A DNA stretch of 64,000 bases from an uncultured delta proteobacterium (GTDB lineage: Bacteria; Myxococcota; Myxococcia; SLRQ01): assembly GCA_963727485.1 (NCBI GenBank), contig CAVSGM010000002.1:544001-608000 (forward strand). The letters are read 5' to 3'. The notes below the pieces were generated by a model. That model was not told the origin of the DNA. It searched no databases and saw nothing but the letters and a program-made list of their open reading frames with translations. The translations under genes and the position numbers were made by a program. Positions 39,650-48,706 of the stretch are shown piece by piece. The stretch's first letter is position 1, and every line of letters starts with the position of its first letter.

Positions 39650-40606
39650 TCAAGGGCGCGGGTCGACTACCACGTTGGGCGGCGTCCCTCCAGCCAGCGC
39701 CGTATCCACCGCCTCGCAGCAGAGGCGGGCCATCTCGGCCCGGGCGGTGGTCGTCGCGCTGCCGAGGTGGGGGGCGAGGACCACGTTGGGCAGCCCGAGG
39801 AGCCCCGGGTGCACCTCCGGCTCGGCCTCGAAGACGTCGAGGCCCGCGGCGAAGATCCGCCCCCGGGCCAGGGCCTCGGCCAGGGCGGCCTCGTCGACCA
39901 CCGGGCCCCGGGCGGTGTTCACCAGGACCGCGCTGGGCTTCATCCGGGCCAGCTCGTCGGCGCCGAGGAGGTGGCGGGTGGCGCCGGTGAGGGGCACGTG
40001 GAGGGACACGAAGTCGGCGCCGGCGAGGAGGGCGTCCAGGGTGACGCGCCGGGCGCCGAGGGCCTCGGCCTCGGGGCTCGCCCGGCGGCCGTGGTAGACG
40101 AGGTCCATCCCGAAGCCCCGGCCCCGGGCGAGGACGGCGCGGCCGATGCGCCCGGGCCCCACCACGCCCAGGACCCGCCCCGCCACCGGCTGCCCCAGGA
40201 GGAGCGACGGGGCCCAGCCGGAAAAGCGCCCCTCGGCCACCATCCGCCCCGCCTCGGGGAGGCGCCGGGCGGCGGCGAGGAGCAGGGCGAAGGCGAGGTC
40301 GGCGGAGGCGTCGGTGAGGACGTCGGGGGTGTTGGCCACCAGGACCCCGTGGCGCCGGGCGGCGGCGAGATCGATGTTGTCGACCCCCACCGCGTAGTTG
40401 GCCACCACCCTGACCCCGGCGCCGAGGACCGCGTCGTCGATCCGGTCCGAGAGGAGGGTCACCAGGGCGTCGCTCCGGCCCGCCTCGGCGACCAGGGTGG
40501 CATGGTCCGGCGCGGCGTCGTCCGGGTGGACCACCACCTCGTGACGCCGGGCCAGGGCCTCGAGTTGGCCGCCGGGGAGACGCCGGGTGACGAAGACGCG
40601 GGCCAT
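39650..40606 (-). CDS. D-2-hydroxyacid dehydrogenase (glyoxylate/hydroxypyruvate reductase family)
   Basis: VGVDNID, NTPDVLT, GPGRIG, NTARGPVVDE, LDVFEAEP and PHLGSA motifs. Confidence 0.92.
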   Translation of the reverse strand: MARVFVTRRLPGGQLEALARRHEVVVHPDDAAPDHATLVAEAGRSDALVTLLSDRIDDAVLGAGVRVVANYAVGVDNIDLAAARRHGVLVANTPDVLTDASADLAFALLLAAARRLPEAGRMVAEGRFSGWAPSLLLGQPVAGRVLGVVGPGRIGRAVLARGRGFGMDLVYHGRRASPEAEALGARRVTLDALLAGADFVSLHVPLTGATRHLLGADELARMKPSAVLVNTARGPVVDEAALAEALARGRIFAAGLDVFEAEPEVHPGLLGLPNVVLAPHLGSATTTARAEMARLCCEAVDTALAGGTPPNVVVDPRP

Positions 40607-40619
40607 CGGAGGACGGGCG

Positions 40620-40847
40620 TCAGTGGACCGTGGGGCCCGGGTCGTCGTCGCCGGCGTCGGCGAGGGCCTCGACGACGTCGCTGCCGGTCGCCGGGGGACC
40701 GGGGATCCGGTAGCCACCGCCGAGCCAGTTGCCGAGGTCGATCATCCGGCAGCGCTCGGAGCAGAAGGGGTACTCGGGGTTCTCGGACCGGGCCTTCACG
40801 GGCTTGCCGCAGATGGCGCACTTGAGCTGGGGTGCAGGACGGGCCAT
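40620..40847 (-). CDS. yacG: DNA gyrase inhibitor YacG
   Basis: CAICGK...PFCSERCRMIDLGNW...YRIP. Confidence 0.92.
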   Translation of the reverse strand: MARPAPQLKCAICGKPVKARSENPEYPFCSERCRMIDLGNWLGGGYRIPGPPATGSDVVEALADAGDDDPGPTVH

Positions 40848-40930
40848 CGGCAGGGACCCTAGCCAGGACGCCGCCTCACCGCAACGATCCCGAGGCCCCC
40901 CGCCCGCACCGTAAGGCGGGGACCGCCGCC

Positions 40931-41500
40931 CTACCCCGCGCCCTCGCTGCCGCCGGCGGCGGTGAGCCCCGGGAGCACCACGTGGGGGAAGCTGCAGCAG
41001 GGCCCGAGATCCGCGGCGGCCTCGGGGCGGTCCCACCCCAGGGCCCGGAGGTGGGCGTGGGCCGAGGCGAGGACCGCCTGCTGGCCGGGGTGGTAGAGGG
41101 TCTCGTGGGTCTCGTCGAGGCTGAGCCACCGGTACCACCGGCCCTCGGCGTCGAGGACGTGCTCCCGGCCATCGGGCTCGGGCTTGAGCTGCTCGGGGTC
41201 GGGGACGAGGGCCAGGAAGTAGACCACCCGCTTGCGAATGCGCCGGCCGCTGCGGTGGAAGACGTAGGTGTCGAGGGCCCGGTAGCCGGGGACGATGCGG
41301 ACGCCCGTGAGCCCCGTCTCCTCGGCGCACTCGCGCAGGGCGGTGTCGAGGTCGGTCTCCCCGGGCTCGACCGAGCCCTTGGGGAACTCCCAGACCGCGC
41401 GGGGGTTCCGCACCAGGCCCGAGTGGAGCAGGAGGAAGCGCACGGTTCCGTCGTCCCGGACGTGGACGGGAACGACCCCACAGGACTTCTGGTAGCTCAT
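40931..41500 (-). CDS. Nudix hydrolase (Ap4A-hydrolase-like)
   Basis: KSCGVV and Nudix box WEFPKGSVEPGETDLDTALRECAEETG, KRVVYFL, EH...WL. Confidence 0.88.
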   Translation of the reverse strand: MSYQKSCGVVPVHVRDDGTVRFLLLHSGLVRNPRAVWEFPKGSVEPGETDLDTALRECAEETGLTGVRIVPGYRALDTYVFHRSGRRIRKRVVYFLALVPDPEQLKPEPDGREHVLDAEGRWYRWLSLDETHETLYHPGQQAVLASAHAHLRALGWDRPEAAADLGPCCSFPHVVLPGLTAAGGSEGAG

Positions 41501-41616
41501 CCGGCCCATCTTCGGACGCCCGGCCCCTCTCAACCGGCGGATCGAAGGTAGCACGGATCCCCGCGTCGGGCCCGAAAAGTGGACGCGACGCGTCACCGGC
41601 CCCGGGCGGGTAGCGC

Positions 41617-42570
41617 CTACGCGCGGGTGAGGTTCCGGACGTCGCCGAGGCGGCGGTAGTCCTCACCCACCACTTCAACGAGCTCGCACATCTCATGGAG
41701 ACGGCTGAAGATTCTCGTCCCCACCCGCTCCTCGAGGGTCTCGGCGACCAGCTGGTCCTGGAAGCGGGGCCCCCGGGTGCGCACCTGCCCGCTGCCCCCG
41801 GCGAGCTGGCTCTTGAGGGTGGTGTCCTTGCCCAGGGTGTAGTTGGACGCGAAGAGGGTCACCCGGCCGGCGTTGTAGCGACGGGAGAGGATCTCGTCGA
41901 GGACGTACATCTCCCAGTCGGTGCCGCGGCCCTTGCCCAGCTCGTCGATGGCGAGGACCTCGACGTCGCAGAGGGGAGCGATGATCTCCATCTCGCTCCG
42001 GCCCTGGCTGTAGCCGTCCTTGAGCTCGGACAGGAGGTGGAAGAACTCGACGTACCGGCAGGGGACGGCCTGCTCCAGCGTGAGGACCCGGAGGGCGCCC
42101 ACGAGCAGGTGGCTCTTGCCGACCCCCGGCGGGCCCATGAGGCAGAAGCCCTTGGGGGGCTCTGGAGGCTCGGCGTCCGGGTCGTCCCCGGAGCGGGCGC
42201 CGACGGTGGCCCGGCGGAAGGCGTCGTAGGCGGCGACGAAGGCCTGGACCCGCTCCAGGGCCCGGGCCTGGGACTCGCCATAGGGCCGGTAGCTGTCCCG
42301 GTCGTCGCGGCGGGTGCGCAGGGTGAGGGTCCGGGTGGCGAGCACCCGGGGGATCCGGGCGGCGTTGAACCGGGCGCAGGCCCGCTCCGGGGCCTGGCAC
42401 CCACAGGGGCGCACGAAGGGCACGCCGTCGCGCTCGACCAGCTCCCGGCCCGTGCCCTCACACCTGGGGCAGGTGCCCGCGCCGGTGTGGGCCGGGCGGG
42501 CCACGGCGTAGCCCCCGGGCCCGGCGTGGATGCGGACCTCGGGGGCGGTCTGGGCGGGGGCGTCGGTCAT
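41617..42570 (-). CDS. DnaC/DnaI/IstB-family AAA+ ATPase with N-terminal Zn finger (putative helicase loader)
   Basis: CPRCEGTG...RPCGC, Walker A GPPGVGKS, Walker B AIDELG, RRYN, ASNY and RIFSRL. Confidence 0.85.
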   Translation of the reverse strand: MTDAPAQTAPEVRIHAGPGGYAVARPAHTGAGTCPRCEGTGRELVERDGVPFVRPCGCQAPERACARFNAARIPRVLATRTLTLRTRRDDRDSYRPYGESQARALERVQAFVAAYDAFRRATVGARSGDDPDAEPPEPPKGFCLMGPPGVGKSHLLVGALRVLTLEQAVPCRYVEFFHLLSELKDGYSQGRSEMEIIAPLCDVEVLAIDELGKGRGTDWEMYVLDEILSRRYNAGRVTLFASNYTLGKDTTLKSQLAGGSGQVRTRGPRFQDQLVAETLEERVGTRIFSRLHEMCELVEVVGEDYRRLGDVRNLTRA

Positions 42571-42863
42571 GGATCCCTCCGGCCGACGGCCTTCTCCCGG
42601 GCGGCGCGGAAGGCCTCGTCGACGGCGGCGGCATAGTACGCCAGGCGGTGGGGCGGCGGCACCCCCGGCCGGAGGAGCTGGTGGGCCTCGACGGAGGCCT
42701 GGAGCCCCCGGCACACGACCTCGACCGGGATGCCCCGGGCCTCCCACCGGTGGACCAGCTCGGTGTCCACCGGGGAGAGCATGAGGCCCCGGCCCTGGAG
42801 ACCGGTGAAGAAGTCGGTGACCAGCTCGAGGTAGCCCAGCCGTCGCGCCTGCCGCAGTGCCAT
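42567..42863 (-). CDS. Small DnaD/DnaB_2-like domain protein
   Basis: FF....GRGLMLSPVDTELVHRW...GIPVEVV...LAYY pattern resembles the DnaD C-terminal domain; ATGA-coupled to the ATPase. The family call is by eye. Confidence 0.55.
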   Translation of the reverse strand: MALRQARRLGYLELVTDFFTGLQGRGLMLSPVDTELVHRWEARGIPVEVVCRGLQASVEAHQLLRPGVPPPHRLAYYAAAVDEAFRAAREKAVGRRDP

Positions 42864-42935
42864 GATCGCCATCATGCCACGGCCCCCTGACATCCGGCAT
42901 GGGGGACGGTGCGCCCCCTTGCCCGTGCGGGCTTC

Positions 42936-42951
42936 GTTCGGTAGGGTGTCC
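42936..42951. promoter_or_regulatory. Candidate LexA operator variant GTTC-N8-GTCC upstream of lexA
   Basis: GTTCGGTAGGGTGTCC, 5 nt before the lexA ATG; spacing is one base longer than at the other two sites. Confidence 0.4.
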
Positions 42952-42956
42952 GGCGG

Positions 42957-43574
42957 ATGAAACCCCTCTCCGGACGCCAGCTCGAGGTCCTCGAGACCCT
43001 CCAGTCCTTCGCCGAGGCCGAGGGGCGCATGCCCTCGGTCCGGGAGCTGGCCCGGGCCCTGGGGCGGGCGCCGTCCACGGTGCAGCAGCACCTCGACGCC
43101 CTGTCCGCCAAGGGCTGGCTCGAGCGCGACGGCCAGGCCCACGGCCTGCGCCTCCGGGGGTTCTCGCCGCCATCCGCCGGGGCCGGCACCCTCCTGGTGC
43201 CCGTGGTCGGGCGCATCGCCGCCGGGTCCCCCATCGAGGCCCTGGAGCTCCCTGCCGACCCGGTCCCCCTGCCAGATTCCCTAGCACTTCCAGGGTCATT
43301 TGCGCTGATTGTTCAGGGAGATTCGATGGTCGACGACCACATCCTCGACGGGGACCTGGTCGTCGTCCGCCCCCAGCCCACGGTGGAGAACGGCGAGATC
43401 GCCGTGTGCGTGCTCCCCGACGGCACGGCGACCCTCAAGCGCCTGTTCCGGGAGCGGGGGCGCTTCCGCCTCCAGCCGGCCAACGCCAAGATGGCGCCCC
43501 TCGTCGTCGACGACGTCCGGGTCCAGGGGCGGGTCACCGGCGTCGTCCGGCGCGTCGGCCCCCAGGCGCGCTAG
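42957..43574 (+). CDS. lexA: LexA repressor (cassette-associated)
   Basis: PSVRELA HTH, GRIAAG cleavage site, GDSM catalytic Ser and TLKR catalytic Lys. Confidence 0.93.
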   Translation: MKPLSGRQLEVLETLQSFAEAEGRMPSVRELARALGRAPSTVQQHLDALSAKGWLERDGQAHGLRLRGFSPPSAGAGTLLVPVVGRIAAGSPIEALELPADPVPLPDSLALPGSFALIVQGDSMVDDHILDGDLVVVRPQPTVENGEIAVCVLPDGTATLKRLFRERGRFRLQPANAKMAPLVVDDVRVQGRVTGVVRRVGPQAR

Positions 43575-43618
43575 GGGCCGCCCCCGGACCGGGGACCGTC
43601 CCCAGTGGTCCGGTGTCA

Positions 43619-43637
43619 GGGTGTTCGTATATTGTCC
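43619..43637. promoter_or_regulatory. Candidate SOS box GTTC-N7-GTCC upstream of imuA
   Basis: GGGTGTTCGTATATTGTCC; the first 13 nt are identical to the site before dnaE2. Confidence 0.65.
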
Positions 43638-43643
43638 GTGCCC

Positions 43644-44384
43644 ATGATGCCGTCCGCGCCAGGTCCCGCCCGCCGCCAGGCCGCCGTCGCCGAGCTCGCC
43701 CGATCGCTGCGCCGGCGCTTCCCCGGCGCCCGGCTCCAGGGGGGCGAGGCGCCCGCCGTCCTCGCCACCGGGGTCACGGCCCTCGACGCCCTGCTCCCCG
43801 GCGGCCTGCCCCGGGGGCGGGTCACCGTCCTCGCCGGGCCGCCGTCGTCGGGGCACACGGGGCTCGCCCTCGCCGCCGCGGCCCGGGTCACCGGGGGCGG
43901 CGCCCGGGTCGCGTGGGTCGACGTCCCGGGCACCCTCCACCCTCCGTCCGCCGACGCCGCCGGGGTGGAGCTGGCGCGCCTCATCCTGGTCCGGCCCCCG
44001 GCCCGAGGCCCCCGGCGGGTGACCGACGCCCTCCACGCCGCGGCGGTCCTCCTCGGGGCCCGGGCGGTGGGGCTGGTGGTCCTCAATCTCGCCGGCGACG
44101 GGGTGGTGGTCCCGGCCGACCGGGGGGCCTGGACGCGGCTGGCCCGGGCGGTGTCCTCGGAGGCGGCGTGCCTGGTCCTCGCCGGGGCGGCCCCCGGGGG
44201 GGCGCCGCTGGCCCAGGTGGCCTCGGTGGTGGTGTCCCTGGGCCGGGCCCGGGCCACCTGGCTCGGGGACGGGGCGCCGGCGCGCCTCGCCGGGGCCCGG
44301 ATCCGCGCCGAGGTCGCCCGGTCGCGCTTCGGGGGCGAGGGGCGGGTCGCCGAGATCCCCCTGGCCCGGCCCGTGGAGAGGTGA
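43644..44384 (+). CDS. imuA: ImuA, RecA-like mutasome protein
   Basis: TGVTALDALLPGGLPRG, degenerate Walker A GPPSSGHT, AWVD and AGVELARL. Confidence 0.85.
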   Translation: MMPSAPGPARRQAAVAELARSLRRRFPGARLQGGEAPAVLATGVTALDALLPGGLPRGRVTVLAGPPSSGHTGLALAAAARVTGGGARVAWVDVPGTLHPPSADAAGVELARLILVRPPARGPRRVTDALHAAAVLLGARAVGLVVLNLAGDGVVVPADRGAWTRLARAVSSEAACLVLAGAAPGGAPLAQVASVVVSLGRARATWLGDGAPARLAGARIRAEVARSRFGGEGRVAEIPLARPVER

Positions 44385-44387
44385 GCG

Positions 44388-45923
44388 GTGGCCGCGGGCG
44401 CAGAGGACGGCGGACGACGCATCGGCGCCCTCTGGGTCCCGGACCTGGTCCTCCGGGCCCACCTCGACGCGGCGGCCCTCGCCGGCCCGGCGGCGGTGGT
44501 CGACGGCGCCGGGGCCGGCGGCGGGCGGGTGCGCGTGGCCACGGCGGCGGCCCTCGTGGCCGGGGTGGTCCCGGGGCAGGACCGGGTCCAGGCCCAGGCC
44601 CGCCTCCCCGAGCTCGTCGTCGCCGGCCTCGCCCCCACCCGCCTCGCGGCCGCCCAGGCCCGGCTCCTCCGGGCGGCCACCACCCTCTCGCCGGTCGTCG
44701 AGGACGGCCGGGCGGTGGCCGGGGCCGACAATCCCCTCGCCGGGGCCGGGCTGGTGCGCTTCGACGCCGCGGGCCTCGGCCTCCTCCACGACGGCCCCGA
44801 GGCCCTCCTCGACGCCGCGGTCGCCGCCGCCGCCGACGCGGGGCTCCCGGGGGCCCTGGGGGCCATCGCCGGCGGGCCCGGGGTCGCCGGGCTCCTCGCG
44901 GTAAACGGCGGCGCCCGGGTGGTGCGCCCGGGGCGCGACCGGGGGGCGCTCGCCGCCCTGCCCCTTGCCGCCCTGGCCCTCCCCGAGGCGCCGGGGCTCT
45001 CCACCGAGGCCCTCCGGCACCTCTGGCTCCTCTCGGTCCGGACCCTCGGCGGCTTCGCGGCACTGCCCGCCGCCTCGGTGGAGGCCCGCTTCGGCACCCC
45101 GGGCCTCGCCCTCCACCGCCTCGCCCGGGGGGTCGACCCACGGCCCCTGGTCCCCGTCGCCGAGGCCGAGGCCCTGGTGCTCCGGGGCGAGGCGCCCCAC
45201 CCCGCCCGCACGGTGGACCGGGCGGTGGCGGTGGTCCGGCCCCTGCTGGACGCCCTGGCCGGGCGCCTCCACCGGGCGGGCCTCGGGCTCACCCGCCTGG
45301 AGCTCGCCTGGGGCCTCCGCGGGGGCACCGCCCGCCGGGCCCTGGAGATCCTCGACCCCCTGGCGGACGGCGGCGCCCTCGCGGCCCTGGTGCGCCTCGA
45401 CCTCGAGGCCCGGCCGCTTCAGGGGGCGGTGGTCGACGTGGCGGTGCGCGCCGGGCGGACCGTGGCCCGGGACACGGGCCAGGGGGAGCTCTTCGGCCGG
45501 CCCAGCGGGGGCCTGGGGAAGGCGGTGGCGCGCCTCGGGGGGCGGCTCGGGGCCGCCGGGCTCGGGGTGCCGGTCCTCGACGACCGGCACCGCCCCGAGG
45601 CCCGGGCGCACCTGGCGGCGGTGGGCGCCGGCGCCGGGCGGCGCGCCGAACCGGGTCCGGCCCCCGCCCCCGGCGCCGCGCCCCTGGCCATGCGCCTGCT
45701 CCCGGTGCCCCGGCCGGTGCGGGTGGAGCTCGGCGCCGAGGGCCGCCCAATCCGGGTCGACGGCCAGCCGGCCAGAAGCGCCGGGCCCTTCCCCCAGAGC
45801 GGCGAGTGGTGGGCCGCCGGCTACGACCGGGCCTACTTCGAGGTGGAGACCGCCGCCGGCCTCTGGTGGCTGTACCGGGACGGCGCCGACGGGCGCTGGT
45901 TCGTCCACGGGGTCTTCGATTGA
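44388..45923 (+). CDS. imuB: ImuB, inactive Y-family polymerase
   Basis: Y-family-like fold without catalytic motifs, QGELF clamp-binding motif, HRPE, GEWW...DRAYF...W..HGVFD. Confidence 0.85.
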   Translation: MAAGAEDGGRRIGALWVPDLVLRAHLDAAALAGPAAVVDGAGAGGGRVRVATAAALVAGVVPGQDRVQAQARLPELVVAGLAPTRLAAAQARLLRAATTLSPVVEDGRAVAGADNPLAGAGLVRFDAAGLGLLHDGPEALLDAAVAAAADAGLPGALGAIAGGPGVAGLLAVNGGARVVRPGRDRGALAALPLAALALPEAPGLSTEALRHLWLLSVRTLGGFAALPAASVEARFGTPGLALHRLARGVDPRPLVPVAEAEALVLRGEAPHPARTVDRAVAVVRPLLDALAGRLHRAGLGLTRLELAWGLRGGTARRALEILDPLADGGALAALVRLDLEARPLQGAVVDVAVRAGRTVARDTGQGELFGRPSGGLGKAVARLGGRLGAAGLGVPVLDDRHRPEARAHLAAVGAGAGRRAEPGPAPAPGAAPLAMRLLPVPRPVRVELGAEGRPIRVDGQPARSAGPFPQSGEWWAAGYDRAYFEVETAAGLWWLYRDGADGRWFVHGVFD

Positions 45924-45933
45924 GGCGCGGCGC

Positions 45934-46000
45934 TGCCCACGTGGGCACCGGCGACTGCCCACGTGGGCAGAGTCACCCGGCCGTCGTGCCCACGTGGGCA
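45934..46000. repeat. Three copies of the perfect palindrome TGCCCACGTGGGCA
   Basis: Copies at 45934-45947, 45956-45969 and 45987-46000, between convergent genes. Confidence 0.9.
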
Positions 46001-46015
46001 CACGCGGGCGGCGGG

Positions 46016-46984
46016 CTACGCCTCGGCGTCGGCCACGACGCCGGCGAGCCACCCGGCGAAGGCCTCGGTCCCCACCACGCGCCGGGCCTGCTCCCGGAGC
46101 CCGGCCTCCAGGTGGGGCCGCCAGCCCTCCTCCAGGCCCGAGCCCTCCAGCAGGTCCCGGGCGCTCCGTTCCCCGGCCAGGTCCAGGGCCTGGCGCACGC
46201 CGGACTCCACGGCGTCCCCGAGGCCCTCCCAGCCCGCGACGGCGGTCACGATGGCCGACACGTCGTCCACGACCCGGTCGGGGTTCATCTTCACCACCTC
46301 CGCCCGGTACCGGTCCACCGGCTGATCCAGGATGGCGTCCACCAGGTGCGCCCGGAAGTCGGCCATCTCCGGGGCCAGGCGGTCGGAGGTCAGCTGGCTC
46401 ACCCAGACGTCGGCGGCGTGGCCGATGACGTCGTCGAGGAAGTCGCCGACCCGCCCCTGGAGCGCCCGCTCCATCTCCCCGGTCACGGCGCTGGCCACGC
46501 CCTTGGCGGCCCCGAGGATCCCGGCGAAGGCCCGGCCCCCGGGGAGCCGGCTCGCCTCGCCCAGGACGCTGCCCACCCGGCTGGAGAACTGCACCAGGGT
46601 GTCCTGGAGCACCCCCCGGAGGGCCTTGCGCATGGCCGGGTGGTCAAGGACGTCGCGGACGAGCGCCCGGTCCGGGGTGTAGGGCCGCCGGAGGAAATCC
46701 TTCAGCGGCGCCACCACCGCGTCGGGCACCCGGTCCCGGAGCCGACCCTCGAGGCGCTCGGTGCGGGTGAGGGCCGCGGAGACCTGGCCCCGGATCCACT
46801 CGGCGGTCCGGGGGTCGGCGGCGCTGGCCCGGAGGCCCTCGGTCAGCGCCGTGGCCACCTGGGCCGGGTCCACCAGCTCGTGGACCGGGCGCCCGAGGGC
46901 GTCGTCCACCAGGAGCGAGACGAGGTCGTCGAGGGGACCGGGGTCGGCCCGGAGGCGGGCGAGGAGAGCGTCGGCGTCGGCCAT
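46016..46984 (-). CDS. Hypothetical all-alpha protein
   Basis: 322-aa ORF with typical codon bias. Confidence 0.7.
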   Translation of the reverse strand: MADADALLARLRADPGPLDDLVSLLVDDALGRPVHELVDPAQVATALTEGLRASAADPRTAEWIRGQVSAALTRTERLEGRLRDRVPDAVVAPLKDFLRRPYTPDRALVRDVLDHPAMRKALRGVLQDTLVQFSSRVGSVLGEASRLPGGRAFAGILGAAKGVASAVTGEMERALQGRVGDFLDDVIGHAADVWVSQLTSDRLAPEMADFRAHLVDAILDQPVDRYRAEVVKMNPDRVVDDVSAIVTAVAGWEGLGDAVESGVRQALDLAGERSARDLLEGSGLEEGWRPHLEAGLREQARRVVGTEAFAGWLAGVVADAEA

Positions 46985-47038
46985 GGTGACTGCATCCTAG
47001 CGCACGGCCCCGCGCCGATCCTCCCGCGACCCGGGCCG

Positions 47039-47738
47039 CTACCTGCCCTCGGGCATGTGAACGTACATGGACTGGATGCCCAGGCGGCCGGGCCCGGTGA
47101 AGCGGTTGGTCACCAGGTTCATGCTCCCGAGCAGCCCCGTGGAGAGCCGCTGCACGTTGGTCTCCATCTGGACCGTCTCGTCCTTGTAGAGCCAGCCCCC
47201 GGGCTCGACGTCGATCTGCTCGCCGACGCCGAGCACGCGCTCGAAGACGTTGCCGTACCCGTGCAGCCAGAGGATGCCCTCGCCCTGGGTGTCGTGGAAC
47301 TTGTCGATGAAGAACCCCGAGCCGCCGAAGAGCATGTTGGAGAAGCCCTTGACCCGTTCGTAGTGGTAGTCCACGTGATCCGTGGCGGCGAGGAACTGGT
47401 GCTCGCGGACCTCGATCCGCCGCCCGGGCTCGAGGTGGATGGGCACGATGTGCCCGGCGCCGTCGCGGCTGAAGGCGATCTGCCCCGGGCCCGTCGCCTG
47501 GGTGACGAAGATCTGGATGCCCGCGACCGCGCGCTTGAGGCTCCCCTTCAGCGGCCGGATGCTGATCTGCACGCTCGGGCTCTTCCACAGCAGGATGTAG
47601 TGCTCGAAGTAGAATCGTCTGCCCCTCGGCCAGGTCGACCGTGAGCACCGGCACCAGCTCGCCGTCGAGGTGGTAGGTGTAGCCGGCGAACTGTGCGGCC
47701 TCGGCGGACGTGGGCAGGAGGACGGGCGTGCTGCTCAT
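47039..47738 (-). CDS. AIM24 family protein (+1 frameshift near 47614)
   Basis: GPGQIAF, FLAAT, LFGGSGFF, G.G.LWLHGYGN and RFTGPGRLGIQSM. Confidence 0.88.
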
Positions 47739-47876
47739 GGGATCTCCAGTGAGGCGGGTGGCCATTCGGCGAGACCGCGGATGATGTCCACCCGGTTGGC
47801 GGGGGCGTCGGGGGCGAAGGACGAGGCCGGGTAGGTGCCGACGCGCCCGGGATCGAGCACGGCGGGGCAAGGCGCC

Positions 47877-48517
47877 TCAGTGGAGGATCCCGAACGCACC
47901 GTGCAGACCTCCGATGACCATCTGGGTGCCGATGACCGCCAGGATGAGCCCCATCATCCGCGTGATCGCCCCCAGGGCGCTGGAACCGATATAGGCGACG
48001 AACCTGGCGCCGAACACGAAGAACAGATAGGTGATGACGCACAGCACGGCGAACGCGACGATGGTGATGATGACGTTCGTCATCCCGCCCCCGGCGGAGA
48101 AGCTCATGGCGGTGGCGATGGTCCCCGGGCCGGCGAGGATGGGCATGGCCAGCGGCGAGACGGCGACGCTCAGCGCGGCCTTCTTGGAGGCCGCCTGGTC
48201 CGCCTCCCCGGGGTGGTGCACGCTGGACGGGCTGCCGCGCAGCATGTGGTAGCCGATGATGAACACGATCAGCCCACCGGTGATGCCGAAAGGCCGGCAG
48301 GGTCAGGCCGAAGGCGTGGAAGATGAGCTTCCCGGCGAGGGCGAAGAGCGCCACGATGATGAACGACAGGAGCAGGGCCCGAAACGCCACCGCGGCGGCG
48401 GTCTGCTTGTCGTCGTCGCTGGTGAGGCCCGAGGAAGATCGGCACGTTCGCGATGGGGTTCATGATCGCGAAGAAGCCCAGGAAGACGGTGATGGCGTGC
48501 GACAGGGTGCTCTGCAT
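47877..48517 (-). CDS. MarC family membrane protein (two +1 frameshifts, near 48430 and 48285)
   Basis: FFAIMNPIANVPIF, PLAMPILAGPGTI and TRMMGLILAVIG spread over three frames. Confidence 0.88.
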
Positions 48518-48680
48518 GCGTCGTTGATCCTTTCCGGCGGGGTCGAGCCAACCGCGAGACCGTAGGAGAAGCACCTTACAGGGGCCTCGCCAGACGGTGG
48601 GACGGGTCGCAGCGATCACCGACGGCCGGGACGCCGGCGCGTCCGCCGGTAGGGCCCCTCCCGGGCTTGTCCGCGGGCGG

Positions 48681-48699
48681 GGGTGTTCGTATACCGTTC
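48681..48699. promoter_or_regulatory. Candidate SOS box GTTC-N7-GTTC upstream of dnaE2
   Basis: GGGTGTTCGTATACCGTTC, 7 nt before the ATG at 48707. Confidence 0.7.
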
Positions 48700-48706
48700 G
48701 GTACCG

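Noticed and set aside
41617..42863. IS21 element (IstB) or prophage replication module
   Set aside because: No IstA transposase, terminal inverted repeats, integrase or phage genes nearby.
45934..46000. Mini CRISPR array
   Set aside because: Repeats are 14 bp with 8- and 17-bp spacers, and there are no cas genes.
42899..47644. 1581-aa ORF and other long Arg/Gly/Pro-rich ORFs (e.g. 23627-28537 +, 693-3440 +, 59228-62047 -)
   Set aside because: Shadow frames caused by stop-codon scarcity at very high GC; they overlap well-supported genes.
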